Source: Phyllobates terribilis
Taxonomy: Eukaryota
Reading direction: 5' to 3'
Assembly (NCBI RefSeq): GCF_046119375.1
Contig: NW_027362767.1
Location: 275,962,001-276,026,000, forward strand
Length of the DNA stretch: 64,000 bases
The number at the start of each line of letters is the position of its first letter. Within the stretch, counting starts at the first letter, position 1. Below are positions 38,686-50,458 of the stretch, piece by piece. Below the pieces are notes generated by a model. That model saw only the letters and a program-made list of their open reading frames with translations, searched no databases and had not been told where the DNA came from. The position numbers and the translations under genes were made by a program.

Positions 38686-38880
38686 TGGTAGGCGATGGTC
38701 TCATATGTTGGGGTAGAGAGTTCCAGAGTAGGGGGGAATCAAGGGAGAAATCTTGTATGCGATTGTGGGAAGAGGAGATAAGAGGGAAGTAGAGAAGGAA
38801 ATCTTGTGAGGATCGGAGGTTGCGTGCAGGTATGTACCGGGAGACTAGATCACAGATGTATGGAGGAGGTGGATAACGTA
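38685..38880 (-). mobile_element. L2 LINE 3' fragment
   Basis: YICDLVSRYIPARNLRSS...FSLDSPLLWNSLP in ORF 38576-38908. Confidence 0.7.
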
Positions 38881-39659
38881 GTTCATAGTCCATACTGGTA
38901 CCTATCACGTGACACCACGTGATCTGACATCACGCAGGTCCTGCCTGCATCAACTCAAGCGCGTCAACGTTCAGAAGAGCCGCGAGGATTGCTAGTCACA
39001 GGCCTGGACTATGTTCTCCACCTCCTCCGCAGCCACTGCAAACATCCAAACAGCGGAGTACTCACCTGCAATTGGAAGCCTGCTGGCTCAATCGCAGCCG
39101 ATCCAGGATGTCGCAGGCGTAAAGTAGCAAGACCTGAACCCACTCTTACAAGGTAAACTCACATACGGGTATCCTGCAGCGTGTGATCATCCTGCGCAAG
39201 TATTCACTGTCATATTTATCAGCCTAGCTATAACACAGCTGAACATGCATCTACCTACTGCAATCCCCTTCCTTGATGGATACAGGTACCCCCATTATGC
39301 TTCAGTGATTCTGTGCCATCGCTCATTCTCTCCTACGATTAGAGATACACCTTCTCTCTCTTTTAAGGGGATGACCTATTCTGTGACTTCGCTCACAGGC
39401 TACCTATGTCAGAACCTCTACCATTTGATCAGCTTGATGTGGATCACTCCAGTGCATCGGATCTAAGGAAACATGAGCATCACTATCCCCTTTTTACATG
39501 AATGTGAATAAAAACTACTATTTTAGTACATAATCCTACTCCATCATTTTTGTGTCCTACCCTAGTCTATAAGCTAAGCTTGAATCTTTATCATTCTTCT
39601 ATTTATTCCTTCTTGACATCTTGTGGTAATTGCCCTATTTGCTGCAGGCTTAATAGTTA

Positions 39660-41291
39660 CAGTGGTGGCCAAAAGTATTGGCACCCCTGCAATTCTGTCT
39701 GATAATTCTCAGTTTCTTCCTGAAAATGATTGCAATCACAAATTCTTCGGTATTATTCTCTTCATTTAATTTGCTTGCAAGAAAAAAACACAAAAGAGAA
39801 TGAAGCAAAAATCAAATCATTGATCATTTCACACAAAACTCCAAAAATGGGCCAGACAAAAGTATTGGCACCCTCAGCCTAATACTTGGTTGCACAACCT
39901 TTAGCCAAAATAACTGCGAACAACCGCTTCCGGTAACCATCAATGAGTTTCTTACAATGCTCTGCTGGAATTGTAGACCATTCTTCTTTGGCAAACTGCT
40001 CCAGTTCCCTGATATTTGAAGGGTGCCTTCTCCAAACTGCCATTTTGAGATCTCTCCACAGGTGTTCTATGGGATTCAGGTCTGGACTCATTGCTGGCCA
40101 CCTTAGAAGTCTCCAGTGCTTTCTCTCAAACCATTTTATAGTGCTTTTGGAAGTGTGTTTTGGGTCATTGTCCTGCTGGAAGACCCATGACCTCTGAGGG
40201 AGACCCAGCTTTCTCACACTGGGCCCTACATTATGCTGCAAAATTTGTTGTTAGTCTTCAGACTTCATAATGCCATGCACACGGTCAAGCAGTCCAGTGC
40301 CAGAGGCAGCAAAGCAACCTCAAAACATCAGGGAACCTCCGCCATGTTTGACTGTAGGGACCGTGTTCTTTTCTTTGAATGCCTCTTTTTTTTTTTCTTG
40401 TACACTCTATGTTGATGCTTTTTCCCAAAAACCTCTACTTTTGTCTCATCTGACCAGAGAACATTCTTCCAAAACGTTTTAGGCTTTCTCAGGTAAGTTT
40501 TGGCAAACTCCAGCCTGGCTTTATGTCTCGGGGTAAGAAGTGGGGTCTTCCTGGGTATCCTACCATAGAGTCCCTTTTCATTCAGACGCCGACGGATAGT
40601 ACGGGTCGACACTGTGGTACCCTCGGACTGCAGGGCAGCTTGAACTTGTTTGGATGTTAGTTGAGGTTCTTTATCCACCATCCGCACAATCTTGCGTTGA
40701 AATCTCTCAATTTTTCTTTTCCGTCCACATCTAGGGAGGTTAGCCCCAGTGCCATGGGCTTTACACTTCTTGATGACACTGCGCACGGAAGACACAGGAA
40801 CATTCAGGTCTTTGGAGATGGACTTGTAGCCTTGAGATTGCTCATGCTTCCTCACAATTTGGTTTCTCAAGTCCTCAGACAGTTCTTTGGTCTTCTTTCT
40901 TTTCTCCATGCTCAATGTGGTACACACAAGGACACAGGACAGAGGTTGAGTCAACTTTAATCCATGTTAACTGGCTGCAAGTGTGATTTAGTTATTGCCA
41001 ACACCTGTTAGGTGCCACAGGTAAGTTACAGGTGCTGTTAATTGCACGAATTAGAGAAGCATCACATGATTTTTCAAACAGTGCCAATACTTTTGTCCAC
41101 CCCCTTTTTTAGGTTTGGTGTGGAATTATATCCAATTTGGCTTTAGGACAATTCTTTTTGTGTTTTTTCAATGAAGACAAATTAAATGAAGATAATAATA
41201 CCAAAGAATTTGTGATTGCAATCATTTTCAGGAAGAAACTGAGTATTATCTGACAGAATTGCAGGGGTGCCAATACTTTTGGCCACCACTG
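39660..41291 (-). mobile_element. Tc1 element, IR/DR type, transposase pseudogene
   Basis: TA|CAGTGGTGGCCAAAAGTATTGGCACCCCTGC ... exact inverse|TA. ATG at 40909; frameshift in an A11 run (40386-96); premature TAA at 40251-53; [15 protein letters not shown] and SPDLNPIEH are intact. Confidence 0.95.
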
Positions 41292-42015
41292 TATACCTAC
41301 CAGTGCCCCTATTCTAGTGTATTACCAATTCAGTAATGTGATTTCCAATTTCTCACAGTGCGAGCGGTGACGTCAGGAAGGTTACCGCAGTTCATAGGCC
41401 GACTCACACAGAGCTGATCGTGGGAATGTGCTGCCTGTGACCGGCGGTACCCTCAATGACGTCACCGCTGGTCACTGAAACTGCATTCTCCTGCTCAGCT
41501 CATTGTATCCTGGATGCAGAGCTGAGTGGTCGCATCATGCCACCGCTCAGCAATGCATCCAGATGTAGCTGAGTTGGGCTCCTCGTGGGACATATGGATT
41601 ATCGGCAGACAGGTGAGGAAGTGTTTATATTTATTTGGATAATAACAATTGGGTAAAAGAGGGTTGGGGAGTTTTTTTTTTTTTTCAAATAAAGGACTTT
41701 GCTCTGTATGTGTTTTTTTAACTTAAACTTACGGGGTTAGTAATGGGGACATCTTATAGGCTCCTCTCCATTACTATCCCCTAGGCTTGATGTCATTACA
41801 AATCTGACATCAACCTCACAAATATTACCCCACTTGCCACCGCGCCAGGGCAAGTGGGAGGAACTGAGGCTAAGAGCCAGATTTGGTGCATCTTATATGC
41901 GCCATTTCTTGGGCGGCTGAGGACCTTAGTCTGGGAGGGGGCCAATATGCATGGCACCTTCCCAGGCTATTAATATCCACCCACAGCTGTCTATTTAGCC
42001 TTTGCTGGTTATAAT

Positions 42016-43042
42016 TGTGATGACACAGCATTTAATCTTAATTATGCCAAATGTATACTTTCAATAGGCCAGGAGACAGACTATTATTCATGAGTCTGAA
42101 CGTTGACACTTGAATTGATGTTTGTGAATTGTTGAATGGCTGGCTGTTTATCTTTTATATCAGCTCCTACAGTTTATTGAACTGCTATTCTTGGTGGACA
42201 AGGGCGCAGGGTTATTGAACAATTGTTTGCTAATATGTTGATTACCCATTGTATAAGTCCATGTAGCTTGTTGACTGCAAAACAGTGGAGGCCAAACTAT
42301 GCATATTGATTAAATACTCAAACAATGAGAATTAATCTCATTCCACCTGACCTGTGGATGATGGCCTGAACTACAGATATGGGTATAAAAAGGGATCCCT
42401 TCCTTCTGCAAAGAGAGACTCTACAGAACAGCAGACAAGACACCATGGCTCCATCAACAAGGACACAGATTTGACATTCTACAGGATGCCAGCTTAAGCG
42501 ACTACGGCCCTAGCTGGAAGAATACAGATCTGCTCCATTGACCATCACTGAACCCATGGAGACTGTTGGGGAAGCCAGGTTGAGACCCTCCGGTCACCTG
42601 GCCCCATGTGGATGTTCAGAAAAGCCAGGTTGGGACCCTCCGGTCACCTGGCCACGTGCCTCAATGGACTGTCAGCTTCCTAAGCTTGTCATTACCTCCT
42701 CTCTGTGGGTGCCTGCCAAAAGTGGGGTGCCACTGGTGGGGGTAGTCGGCCCTGGAAGCCCTGAAGTCGCAGCGGCTCTAATATCGGCAAGCCAGCGTAA
42801 GGATGAGACTCTGTAATTTGCACCAACTTGGGTATTTGCTGGGGCTGTTCTATATATTTCTTTGTATGTTGGTGGTTCAGTAAAGTATTGCCACTGTTTT
42901 ACCCTCACCCTGTGTTGTCTGAGTAGTAAGCCCACGGGGAAGGAGTGCGGGTGTTCAGTGGGTTAAGCCCTGGTCCATGCAGTCTTCCTAAAGACAGCCG
43001 GGCCAGCGGACGAGAGCACCCACAGACCCTCATGTCTCCACA
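42016..43042 (+). mobile_element. Probable solo LTR (~1.03 kb) inserted into a MITE-like repeat
   Basis: TGTG...CCACA termini; flanks ATAAT / GTAAT; TATA-like gggtataaaaaggg at ~42381; AGTAAA at ~42879. Confidence 0.6.
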
Positions 43043-43260
43043 GTAATAATAGGGGGACCACACATCGTTTTTTTTGGGGGGGTACCCCTTTTACTAACCA
43101 GGGGGCTTAGCAGACAGCTGTGAGCTGTTATTAATAACCTGGGAACCTTTATGGCTATTGGCCCCTTCCCAGAATATTATCAGCCGCCAGCTGTCGGCTT
43201 GCCCTCAGCTGGTTAAGAAAATGAAGGGAGACCGCACTCAGTTTTTTTAAAATGTATTTA

Positions 43261-44549
43261 CTGTATTTTTTGGACTATAATACACACTTTTTTCCTCAAA
43301 TTTTGGAGGAAAGTGGGAGGTGCGTCTTATAGTCCTGCTGCAGCCTACACTGTGCCCGCTACTAAAGAAAATGAATATTCACTGCTCCCCACGCCCATGG
43401 GGAGCAGTGAATATTCATTTTCCTTGATAGTTGGCACACTGTGCCTGCAGCGTGGCTCCTGGTAATTATGGCCCCCCTCATCCCGGTATGCTTAGCACCC
43501 TTCATCCCTGTATGTATGGCCCCCCCCTCATCCTGGTATGCTTGGCACCCTTCATCCCTGTATGTATAGCCCCCCCCCCTCATCCTGGTATGCTTGGCAC
43601 CCTTCATCCCTGTATGTATGCCCCCCCCTCATCCTAGTATGTTTGGCACCCTTCATCCCTGTATGTATAGCCCCCCCCCTCATCCTGGTATGCTTGGCAC
43701 CCTTCATCCCTGTATGTATAGCCCCCCCCTCATCCTGGTATGCTTGGCACCCTTCATCCCTGTATGTATGGCCCCCCCGATCCCTGTCACGCTGCGCACA
43801 CATTAAAAAAAAAAAAAATAATAATCATACTCACCTCCTCTCTCCTCCAGCGCTGCGTCACGCTCTGCTGCGACAGGGTTCTCACTGTGTGAGCCGCGCA
43901 TGGGAGTGGGTTGTAGCGAATATTCATGGTCTTTAATAGCGGGCACACATGACCGCAGAGCGGCAGCAAGAGCCGCGCTGCGGCTACAGTGTGCGCGCTA
44001 TTAGGGAGAGTGAATGGTGACTGCTCCCCACGCACGCAGTCCCGGATTGGGGAGCAGTGACTATTCCGGCACAGCAGATCACTGTGTGAGGGCGCATGGC
44101 AGGGACGCCATGCGCGGCTCACACAGTGAGGACCCTATCGGCAGCAGAGTGTGAGTGCAGAGAGGAGGTGAGTATGATTCTTTATTTTTTTTTCTTTTGT
44201 TTGCAGCGTGACGGGGATCAGGGAGGGCCATACATACAGGGATGAAGGGTGTCATACATATAGGGATGAAGGGTGCCATACATACCAGGAAGAGGGATGA
44301 AGGCGGCATACATACCAGGATGGGGTTGAGGGATGCCATGCATACCAGGATGGGGGATTGGGGCCGTGTATTACAGGAAGGAGGGGCCATATATACCAGG
44401 ATGGGGGATATTAACAGAAATGAGGGACATTACCCCTATAACAATGTTATCAGCAGGCCACCTCCCCCTTAACAGGGCATCATGACCACATTTTTTTTCT
44501 ATTTTCCTCCTCTAAAACCTAGGTGCGTCTTATGGTCCGAAAAATATGG
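43261..44549. mobile_element. Tc1/mariner (pogo-like) non-autonomous element with internal ~35/30-bp tandem units
   Basis: TA|CTGTATTTTTTGGACTATAA ... GGTCCGAAAAATATGG|TA; same family as 9008-10008, inverted. Confidence 0.85.
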
Positions 44550-45341
44550 TAATACATGATATACTCACACAGTGGGTGCTGACTAATTCCCATCAGCGTC
44601 ACCTGATCGCAGGGAGACCAGGCGACAATGATGAGAGCTAGCTTAAGCACCCGGTGCCTGGGAACAGTGCTGACTGTACCGCTTTTTCTCAGGCGCCGGT
44701 ACTCGTCACACTGACACACGGATGTCATCAGTGTGGGATGTTTTGCGGCTCGTGCTGCTGGTAAAAAACGGACATGTCGGCGTGTCACTGACATGTGCAC
44801 AGACCCTTCATTTGAATGGGTCTACCTGTGTCAATGTCTCCAGTACGTGTGAAAATTGTCACCACACATACCACAGGAACTGATGTGTGAATGAGGCCTT
44901 ACAGATATGGCCTGTATAGCAGACACAGAGTGGGCAGTAATTAATGCATCTGCTGCCTGGACTGTTCTACAGATTCAACACTAGTACATTTTATTTCTTT
45001 GATTGGAAACAGAAGAAATTAACAAAAAAAACCTTTTTATTTCAGTTTTAAAGGAACAAATGAAACATGCAGCCGAGGAAATACGACTACAAGCACACCC
45101 CAATCGGCGAGGTGACAGAGCGCTCCAGGGAAGGGGCTAGGCACGGGTTCAGACTCCTGTGTGGCACACATCTGCGCACGCCATGTGATGGGGCGCAGAC
45201 AGCATTCGGGCACCAGACTAACTAGTCCTATACAGGAGCGGATACGATCAGGGTGATGGAAGACGTGGAAGGGCAGAGAGAGCTCACCCCCTCGGCGGCC
45301 TCCAGGATGAGAGGACCAGGAATGATCTGCGCTCCACCCAC

Positions 45342-45516
45342 TCAGCTGTGCTCGGACATGCTCACTCCGTGTCCGTTCACATGTGGAGATGCATGAACCT
45401 GACTGGGGAGGGCGCTGTTCTCGGACATCACCGGGGTGCTGGGATCCTGAGGTGAGGAGTCTGTGATCCAGTACGCTTCACACAGTGGCAGACAGCTCGG
45501 CTCACACACACTGTAG
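45342..45516 (-). CDS. MED22: MED22 terminal exon of the long isoform (195 aa)
   Basis: aag|CTACAGT; SYSVCEPSCLPLCEAYW...SEHS*; the LPLCEAY motif matches the mammalian SURF5B tail; AATAAA candidates at 45036-41 and 44990-95. Confidence 0.85.
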
Positions 45517-45882
45517 CTTACAACACAACAGGTAAAGCAGCAGAGTCCAGAGAGCAAGAGAGAAAAGCAAGACAGAAGCAAAGCGTTAAGAACTGGAGAG
45601 CAGCGAATCACCGCGACTTCGGTACAGACTACATGTATAGCCCTAAAGACCCCGCACCAGGCCACCACCCAAGAACCCACACAAGGCATCAGAGCAGAAG
45701 TGACAGAAGACAACAGTGAGCAGGACGGTCCATCATACCAGCGACCGCAAGGAGAGACGGAGGGACACAGTGGGTCTGCACCCCCCACCAAATGATCTAC
45801 TCATTCATATCAGTCACCGGCAGGACCCCACAATATCAGCCATGGCCATGACACAAATGTGAAGGGTTGATGCACAAGTCAC

Positions 45883-45888
45883 TTTATT
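45883..45888 (-). terminator. MED22: Intronic polyadenylation signal for the short MED22 isoform
   Basis: AATAAA ~280 nt past the read-through stop at 46170. Confidence 0.55.
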
Positions 45889-46169
45889 GTTCTGACAGGT
45901 TGTTACCCTCAGAGGATACCAATTCCACCACCAGATGGTGTGTGATGTCTCCTGATAACAGAGAACACTAGACTACACACCACCACGCTGCAGGATCCCA
46001 CTGATGACAAAATTGAAAAATCAGAGCACAGGATACTAAAGACAGACGATCATAGAGCCCCTGATACATGACTGCCACCAGCCCACCAGGGCACAGGTAT
46101 TAACCCCTTAACAGCCAAGACCTGGGTACAATCCCGCTCCCAGACTCGGGCACTCCATCAGTCCGGAAC

Positions 46170-46388
46170 CTATTTATACCTGGAGGAGTAATATTCCTCT
46201 TCAAGTTCATACAGGTCGATGGCAATCTCATCCCTCAGCGAGATCAGCTTCCTGTCACACTCGTCCTGCAGACCGCGGAGCTGCTGACTGCGCTGATTGA
46301 TGGCCTCGTTCACAGACGGGAAGTCGTTCAGGATCAGATACTGCTTCAGATCAGACACCAGCCGCATCAGAGACTCCCCGGCACGGAC
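46170..46388 (-). CDS. MED22: MED22 coding exon 3 (donor at 46179 for the long form; read-through to YSSRYK* for the 140-aa form)
   Basis: [30 protein letters not shown]...[11 protein letters not shown], highly conserved Med22 sequence. Confidence 0.97.
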   Translation of the reverse strand, partial: VRAGESLMRLVSDLKQYLILNDFPSVNEAINQRSQQLRGLQDECDRKLISLRDEIAIDLYELEEEYYSSRYK

Positions 46389-46589
46389 CTGGAGCACAGA
46401 CCATACGTTATAAACCATCACCAGTGAGATAGTACCAAGTCAGCTATTACATGAAAGTCATGGAGCTATGGAAATCCCAGGATGGAGACGTTACCGATCT
46501 GCAAATAATGGAAGAATTGTGTTAATGTCTCTATCTCTGGCTGTATCAGTCTGGAGTCTGAGCCCCGCGTAGAAATCCCGGAACTTCCA

Positions 46590-47140
46590 GCCTCGCCTGC
46601 CATCACTGAGGTCATTAATGGTCGTCTAAGGAAGGTTCTGGTGCTGAATGCACTTGGGAAAATCAGCAGAATCCGCTGCTGGCAGCTCCTGTGTGATCAC
46701 CGACCAATGACGTCCCAGATGTGCTCGACTGAAGCAAGTCCAGAGATGCTGAAGCCATTGGATGATGTTTAGGCCACACAGGCTGCTCACAGTAGTGCGA
46801 GGAACACTACTGGGACACGTTGGAGAGATGGCCGCACCACTGGTTCCACGACAAATCAATGTAAAGCTGAGATGTTAGTGCACACGGAATTAAGACTAGA
46901 GGGGTTCGACTACTGTACATTATGCCACCCCACACCATAATCCTGTGAGCAGGACCGGTGTGATGTTCCCTCGTGAAGGCCTTTTCATGGCATTGTTCAC
47001 TAGACCAATCTCCGGCTGTCACTGAGGTCAAGAAAAAAGTCAGGACTCATCGCTGGAGATGACAGACCTCCATTGCCGTCTTGCTCTGCACCATGATGGT
47101 CTTTGACAGTGGTGGTGTGAGGTCAAGAAGAGGCCTTCAC
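46590..47140 (-). mobile_element. Tc1 fragment in a MED22 intron
   Basis: IMVWGGIMYSSRTPLV (ORF 46807-47031) and a downstream PIEHIWD-like segment. Confidence 0.7.
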
Positions 47141-47427
47141 ATGCAAATGTCACACCGGTCCTACTCCCGCGTGGATGTGTGTGTGTGTGTGTGTGGGGGG
47201 GGTGCCATAAGGTTCAGCCGCTGGGCCCCTCTAGTGCTCACTCTAGGTGCATTTACAGCTCGGTGTTAAATCTCCACTACACAGTGTATGCTGTATACCT
47301 TCCCTGCTGTGAGATCACCATGTTGTTTATTATACTGAAGAGAGACCTTCACCAAAACGTCTGCAGGCGAGAAACTGCCAAGCTACGATACGTGTAGGGG
47401 AGAAGACGGCGACCACCCTGTACTCAC

Positions 47428-47508
47428 TATGTTAGCTGAGCGGACGTGCATCTCGTAGTTGTCCTGCTCTCCTTGGGTCGAGCGGCTGACCTGATGTTCT
47501 TCTTCAAT
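47428..47508 (-). CDS. MED22: MED22 coding exon 2
   Basis: cag|[27 protein letters not shown]|gtgagt (81 nt). Confidence 0.97.
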
Positions 47509-47589
47509 CTGACCCAAAGGAAATAAAGGCGAGAACACATGGGCAAGCGAGCAGCCAGCCGGGCCGGGGAGCACGCAACTAGCGAGGGA

Positions 47590-48150
47590 GGCACGAACGG
47601 CCAGCCGCGGGGAAGGGGGGGGGGGGGGCAAGGGCACGAACGGCCAGCCGCGGGGAAGGGGGGGAGCGGGGTGGGCGGCCAGCCTGGGGGGGGGGGGGGG
47701 GGCGGGGGGAGCGAGCGGCCAGCCTGGGAGGAAGGGGAGGGGAGGGCGAGCGGCCAGCCTGGGAGAAAAGGAGGGGGGGGCGAGCAACCAGCCTGGGAGG
47801 AGCGGGGTGGGCGAGCGGCCAGCCTGGGAGGAAGGGGGGGGGTGGGCGAGCGGCCAGCCTGGGAGGAAGGCGCGGGGTGAGCAAGCGGCCAGCCTGGGAG
47901 GAAGGGGGGGAGGCACGGGGTGGGCAAGCGGCCAGCCTGGGAGGAAGGGGGGGAGGCGCGGGGTGGGCGAGCGGCCAGCCTGGGAGGAAGGGGGGGAGGC
48001 GCGGGGTGGGCGAGCGGCCAGCCTGGGAGGAAGGGGGGGAGGCGCGGGGTGGGCGAGCGGCCAGCCTGGGAGGAAGGGGGGGAGGCGCGGGGTGGGCGAG
48101 TGGCCAGCCTGGGAGGCGCGGGGGGCGAGCAACCAGCCTGGGAGGGGTGG
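47590..48150. repeat. G-rich minisatellite (~30-44 bp) in a MED22 intron
   Basis: gcggccagcctgggaggaaggggggg(aggcgcggggtgggcga) units, period 43-44 in the right half. Confidence 0.9.
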
Positions 48151-48197
48151 GCGCCCCAGAACAGGAGAGGTGTCAGCGAGACCCCCATCCTCCTCAC

Positions 48198-48320
48198 CCT
48201 GGCAGTCTTGATGATCTCACTGAAGTTGTCCATGATAGATTTGATGTCGTCCTTCAGCCTCTTGTTGTAGGACTGCAGTAACGTCTCCTTGCTCTGGGGT
48301 AGCACTCGCAGCTGCGCCAT
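48198..48320 (-). CDS. MED22: Mediator subunit 22 (SURF5), first coding exon
   Basis: [41 protein letters not shown]|gtgagg; acceptor AG at 48325-26. Confidence 0.97.
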
Positions 48321-48387
48321 GACACTGGGAGGAAAGAGAAGAAGTATTCTTTACCGGCAGCACTAGTATTCCCCGCAGCCATCCTCC

Positions 48388-48612
48388 CCTCCTCCGCGCC
48401 CCCACGTACTGGGCCCTGCTCCTCCGCGCCCCCACGTACTCGGCCCTGCTCCTCCGCGCCCCCCACGTACTCGGCCCTGCTCCTCCGCGCCCCCACGTAC
48501 TCGGCCCTGCTCCTCCGCGCCCCCACGTACTCGGCCCTGCTCCTCCGCGCCCCCACGTACTCGGCCCTGCTCCTCCGCGCCCCCCACGTACTCGGCCTTG
48601 CTCCTCCGCGCT
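48388..48612. repeat. 30-31 bp CpG-rich tandem repeat (~7 copies) in the MED22 5'-UTR intron
   Basis: cctccgcgcccccacgtactcggccctgct. Confidence 0.9.
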
Positions 48613-48644
48613 CTCGCCGTCCGTCACTTCTTTCCCTCAGTCAC

Positions 48645-48917
48645 CATCCGCCATCTATCCGCACCGCTGCATTGTGATTGGTTACCGCACCGTCGCGCAT
48701 AGTTGTGATCGGCCAAGTGATTAGCTAGATGAGCAGACCACGTGACGTTACTGACCGACCAGTTGTAGCAGCACCGCTCGGAGCCTTCAGAGGGCGCTCC
48801 TCACACGCCGCTCACATCTGCATCAAATCTCGCTCCTCCTCTAGGTGTCGCGATATCTTTGAGGAGATACAAAATTACCCACAATGCTTTAGTCTTCCTT
48901 TTTCTGCCGCGTCCGCC
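48645..48917. promoter_or_regulatory. Bidirectional CpG promoter of MED22 and RPL7A
   Basis: CCAAT (-) 48677-81; CACGTG/TGACGT 48739-48; TGTCGCGATA 48846-55; ZNF143-like TTACCCACAATGC 48875-87; TCT/5'TOP tract CTTCCTTTTTCT from 48894. Confidence 0.8.
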
Positions 48918-48920
48918 ATG
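48918..48920 (+). CDS. RPL7A: RPL7A exon 1 (ATG only)
   Basis: gccgcgtccgccATG|gtgagt following a TOP tract. Confidence 0.92.
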
Positions 48921-49165
48921 GTGAGTGCTGATGTGTTCCTCCGTTGTCTCTATCCGCTGCCATCCTTCGGCCGCCGCCGCTAATGTGCTCCGCTGACCTC
49001 GGGCTGCTGTAGGTGGAGGCCCGCGCTTCTCTCCCGGGTGGGATTTTCTTTGTTCGGGAGATTAGTCTGCAGGCGGCAGAGCGGCCCTGACGGTCCGGGG
49101 TGTTCGCTGCTTTCCTTCTCTCGGGGGCGGGAGACATTACCGGGGGGCGCTGTGCCGGGGCGGAC

Positions 49166-49237
49166 GAGCAGATGATGTGATGGAATATTTGCTATCTGAG
49201 ACGATGATGACAATTACCACCAAGATCTCTGATGCTC
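49166..49237 (+). ncRNA. SNORD24: Box C/D snoRNA U24, copy 1 (RPL7A intron 1)
   Basis: Terminal stem GAGCA/TGCTC; C box ATGATGT; guides GAATATTTGCTA(T)-CTGA and TACCACCAAGATCT-CTGA complementary to 28S GAUCUUGGUGGUAGUAGCAAAUAUUC. Confidence 0.92.
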
Positions 49238-49275
49238 GTCCCGTGCGTGGTCCCCCGGGGAAGGAGGCTGGTGTG

Positions 49276-49392
49276 GCTGTGTGCAGGGCCGGGGTGACCA
49301 GTGACACTGCTGTGTGCAGGGCCGGGGTGACCAGTGACACTGCTGTGTGCAGGGCCGGGGTGACCAGTGACACTGCTGTGTGCAGGGCCGGG
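49276..49392. repeat. 33-bp tandem repeat (~3.5 copies) in RPL7A intron 1
   Basis: gctgtgtgcagggccggggtgaccagtgacact. Confidence 0.9.
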
Positions 49393-49643
49393 CGCCGTGT
49401 AGTGGGGGGTGGAGGTCTGTAGCGTCGGGTAATGGTGGGGGGCGGAGGTGACATGGTTGTTGGGGTGGTCGTCTGTGGTGTGCAGTGGGGGTTGATGTTG
49501 GGCAAGGCGGGGTGCACTTTATGGGGTCGAGGACATTGTTGTCACAATGTGGGGTAGGTGTCGCCATAGGGGGTCATGTGCCCCCTGCATCTTTGTGTGG
49601 AGGTTCCGGTCTCCCCATTACTCATGTATGTTTATCTCTGCAG

Positions 49644-49770
49644 CCGAAAGGAAAGAAAGTGAAGGGGAAGGGCAAGAAGGTGGCTCCAGCCCCTTCCGTT
49701 GTAAAGAAGGTCGAGGTGAAGAAGGTGGTGAACCCGCTGTTCGAGAAGAGGCCTAAGAACTTTGGCATTG
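49644..49770 (+). CDS. RPL7A: RPL7A exon 2
   Basis: [43 protein letters not shown]; AG/GT boundaries. Confidence 0.97.
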
Positions 49771-49818
49771 GTGAGAGGTGCTGTCCGTCACTGCCTCTGA
49801 CTGATCTATGAGCTGTAG

Positions 49819-49998
<180 letters not shown>

Positions 49999-50317
49999 TA
50001 GTGTTGGAGGTGTAGTGCCCCCACAGTTATGTCCACGGCATCCATTATCCTGCAGCTGGCCCCACTTATAGGTCATCCTGGTGGATTGACGAATGGGAGG
50101 ATGACTGACGTCCAGTGCACTGGGGAGGGCAGCGTGGGGGTGAATGTTCTCTTAGGGAATCTATTTCCCCTGGGTCCCTTTGGTGACTGGTACAATGGTC
50201 CCTGTTGTGGGGGTTGGTGCTGCTGTGCTCTCTGGGGCAGAGGGGTGAGGATGATGCCTTTTTGGGGGGTCATTTGGTGGTGGTGGGGGGGGTGATCTGT
50301 GATGATCCTAGGCTCAC

Positions 50318-50389
50318 GTGCACATGATGCCTGATATTTGCTATCTGAGAAGTTGTGATTACACTTTTCCACCAAGATCTCTGATGCAC
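50318..50389 (+). ncRNA. SNORD24: Box C/D snoRNA U24, copy 2 (RPL7A intron 3)
   Basis: Stem GTGCA/TGCAC; C box ATGATGC; guides ATATTTGCTA(T)-CTGA and CCACCAAGATCT-CTGA. Confidence 0.9.
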
Positions 50390-50458
50390 GATGTCCGCGC
50401 TCCTGATTTTTGTTCCGCTGATCTCCCTGCCCCTACTGACCGCATATTCTCTTATCAG

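Noticed and set aside
39058-39180. Perfect CAG|GTGAGT donor on the - strand as a possible SURF6 first exon
   Set aside because: It lies in repeat-like sequence (gacatcacgcaggtcc motif shared with local MITEs, which often carry actcacc). The 38.1-38.5 kb region has better promoter motifs. Not excluded without CAGE data
47383-48627. Long Pro/Gly-rich ORFs around MED22
   Set aside because: Read-through of tandem repeats; only the spliced MED22 exons are supported
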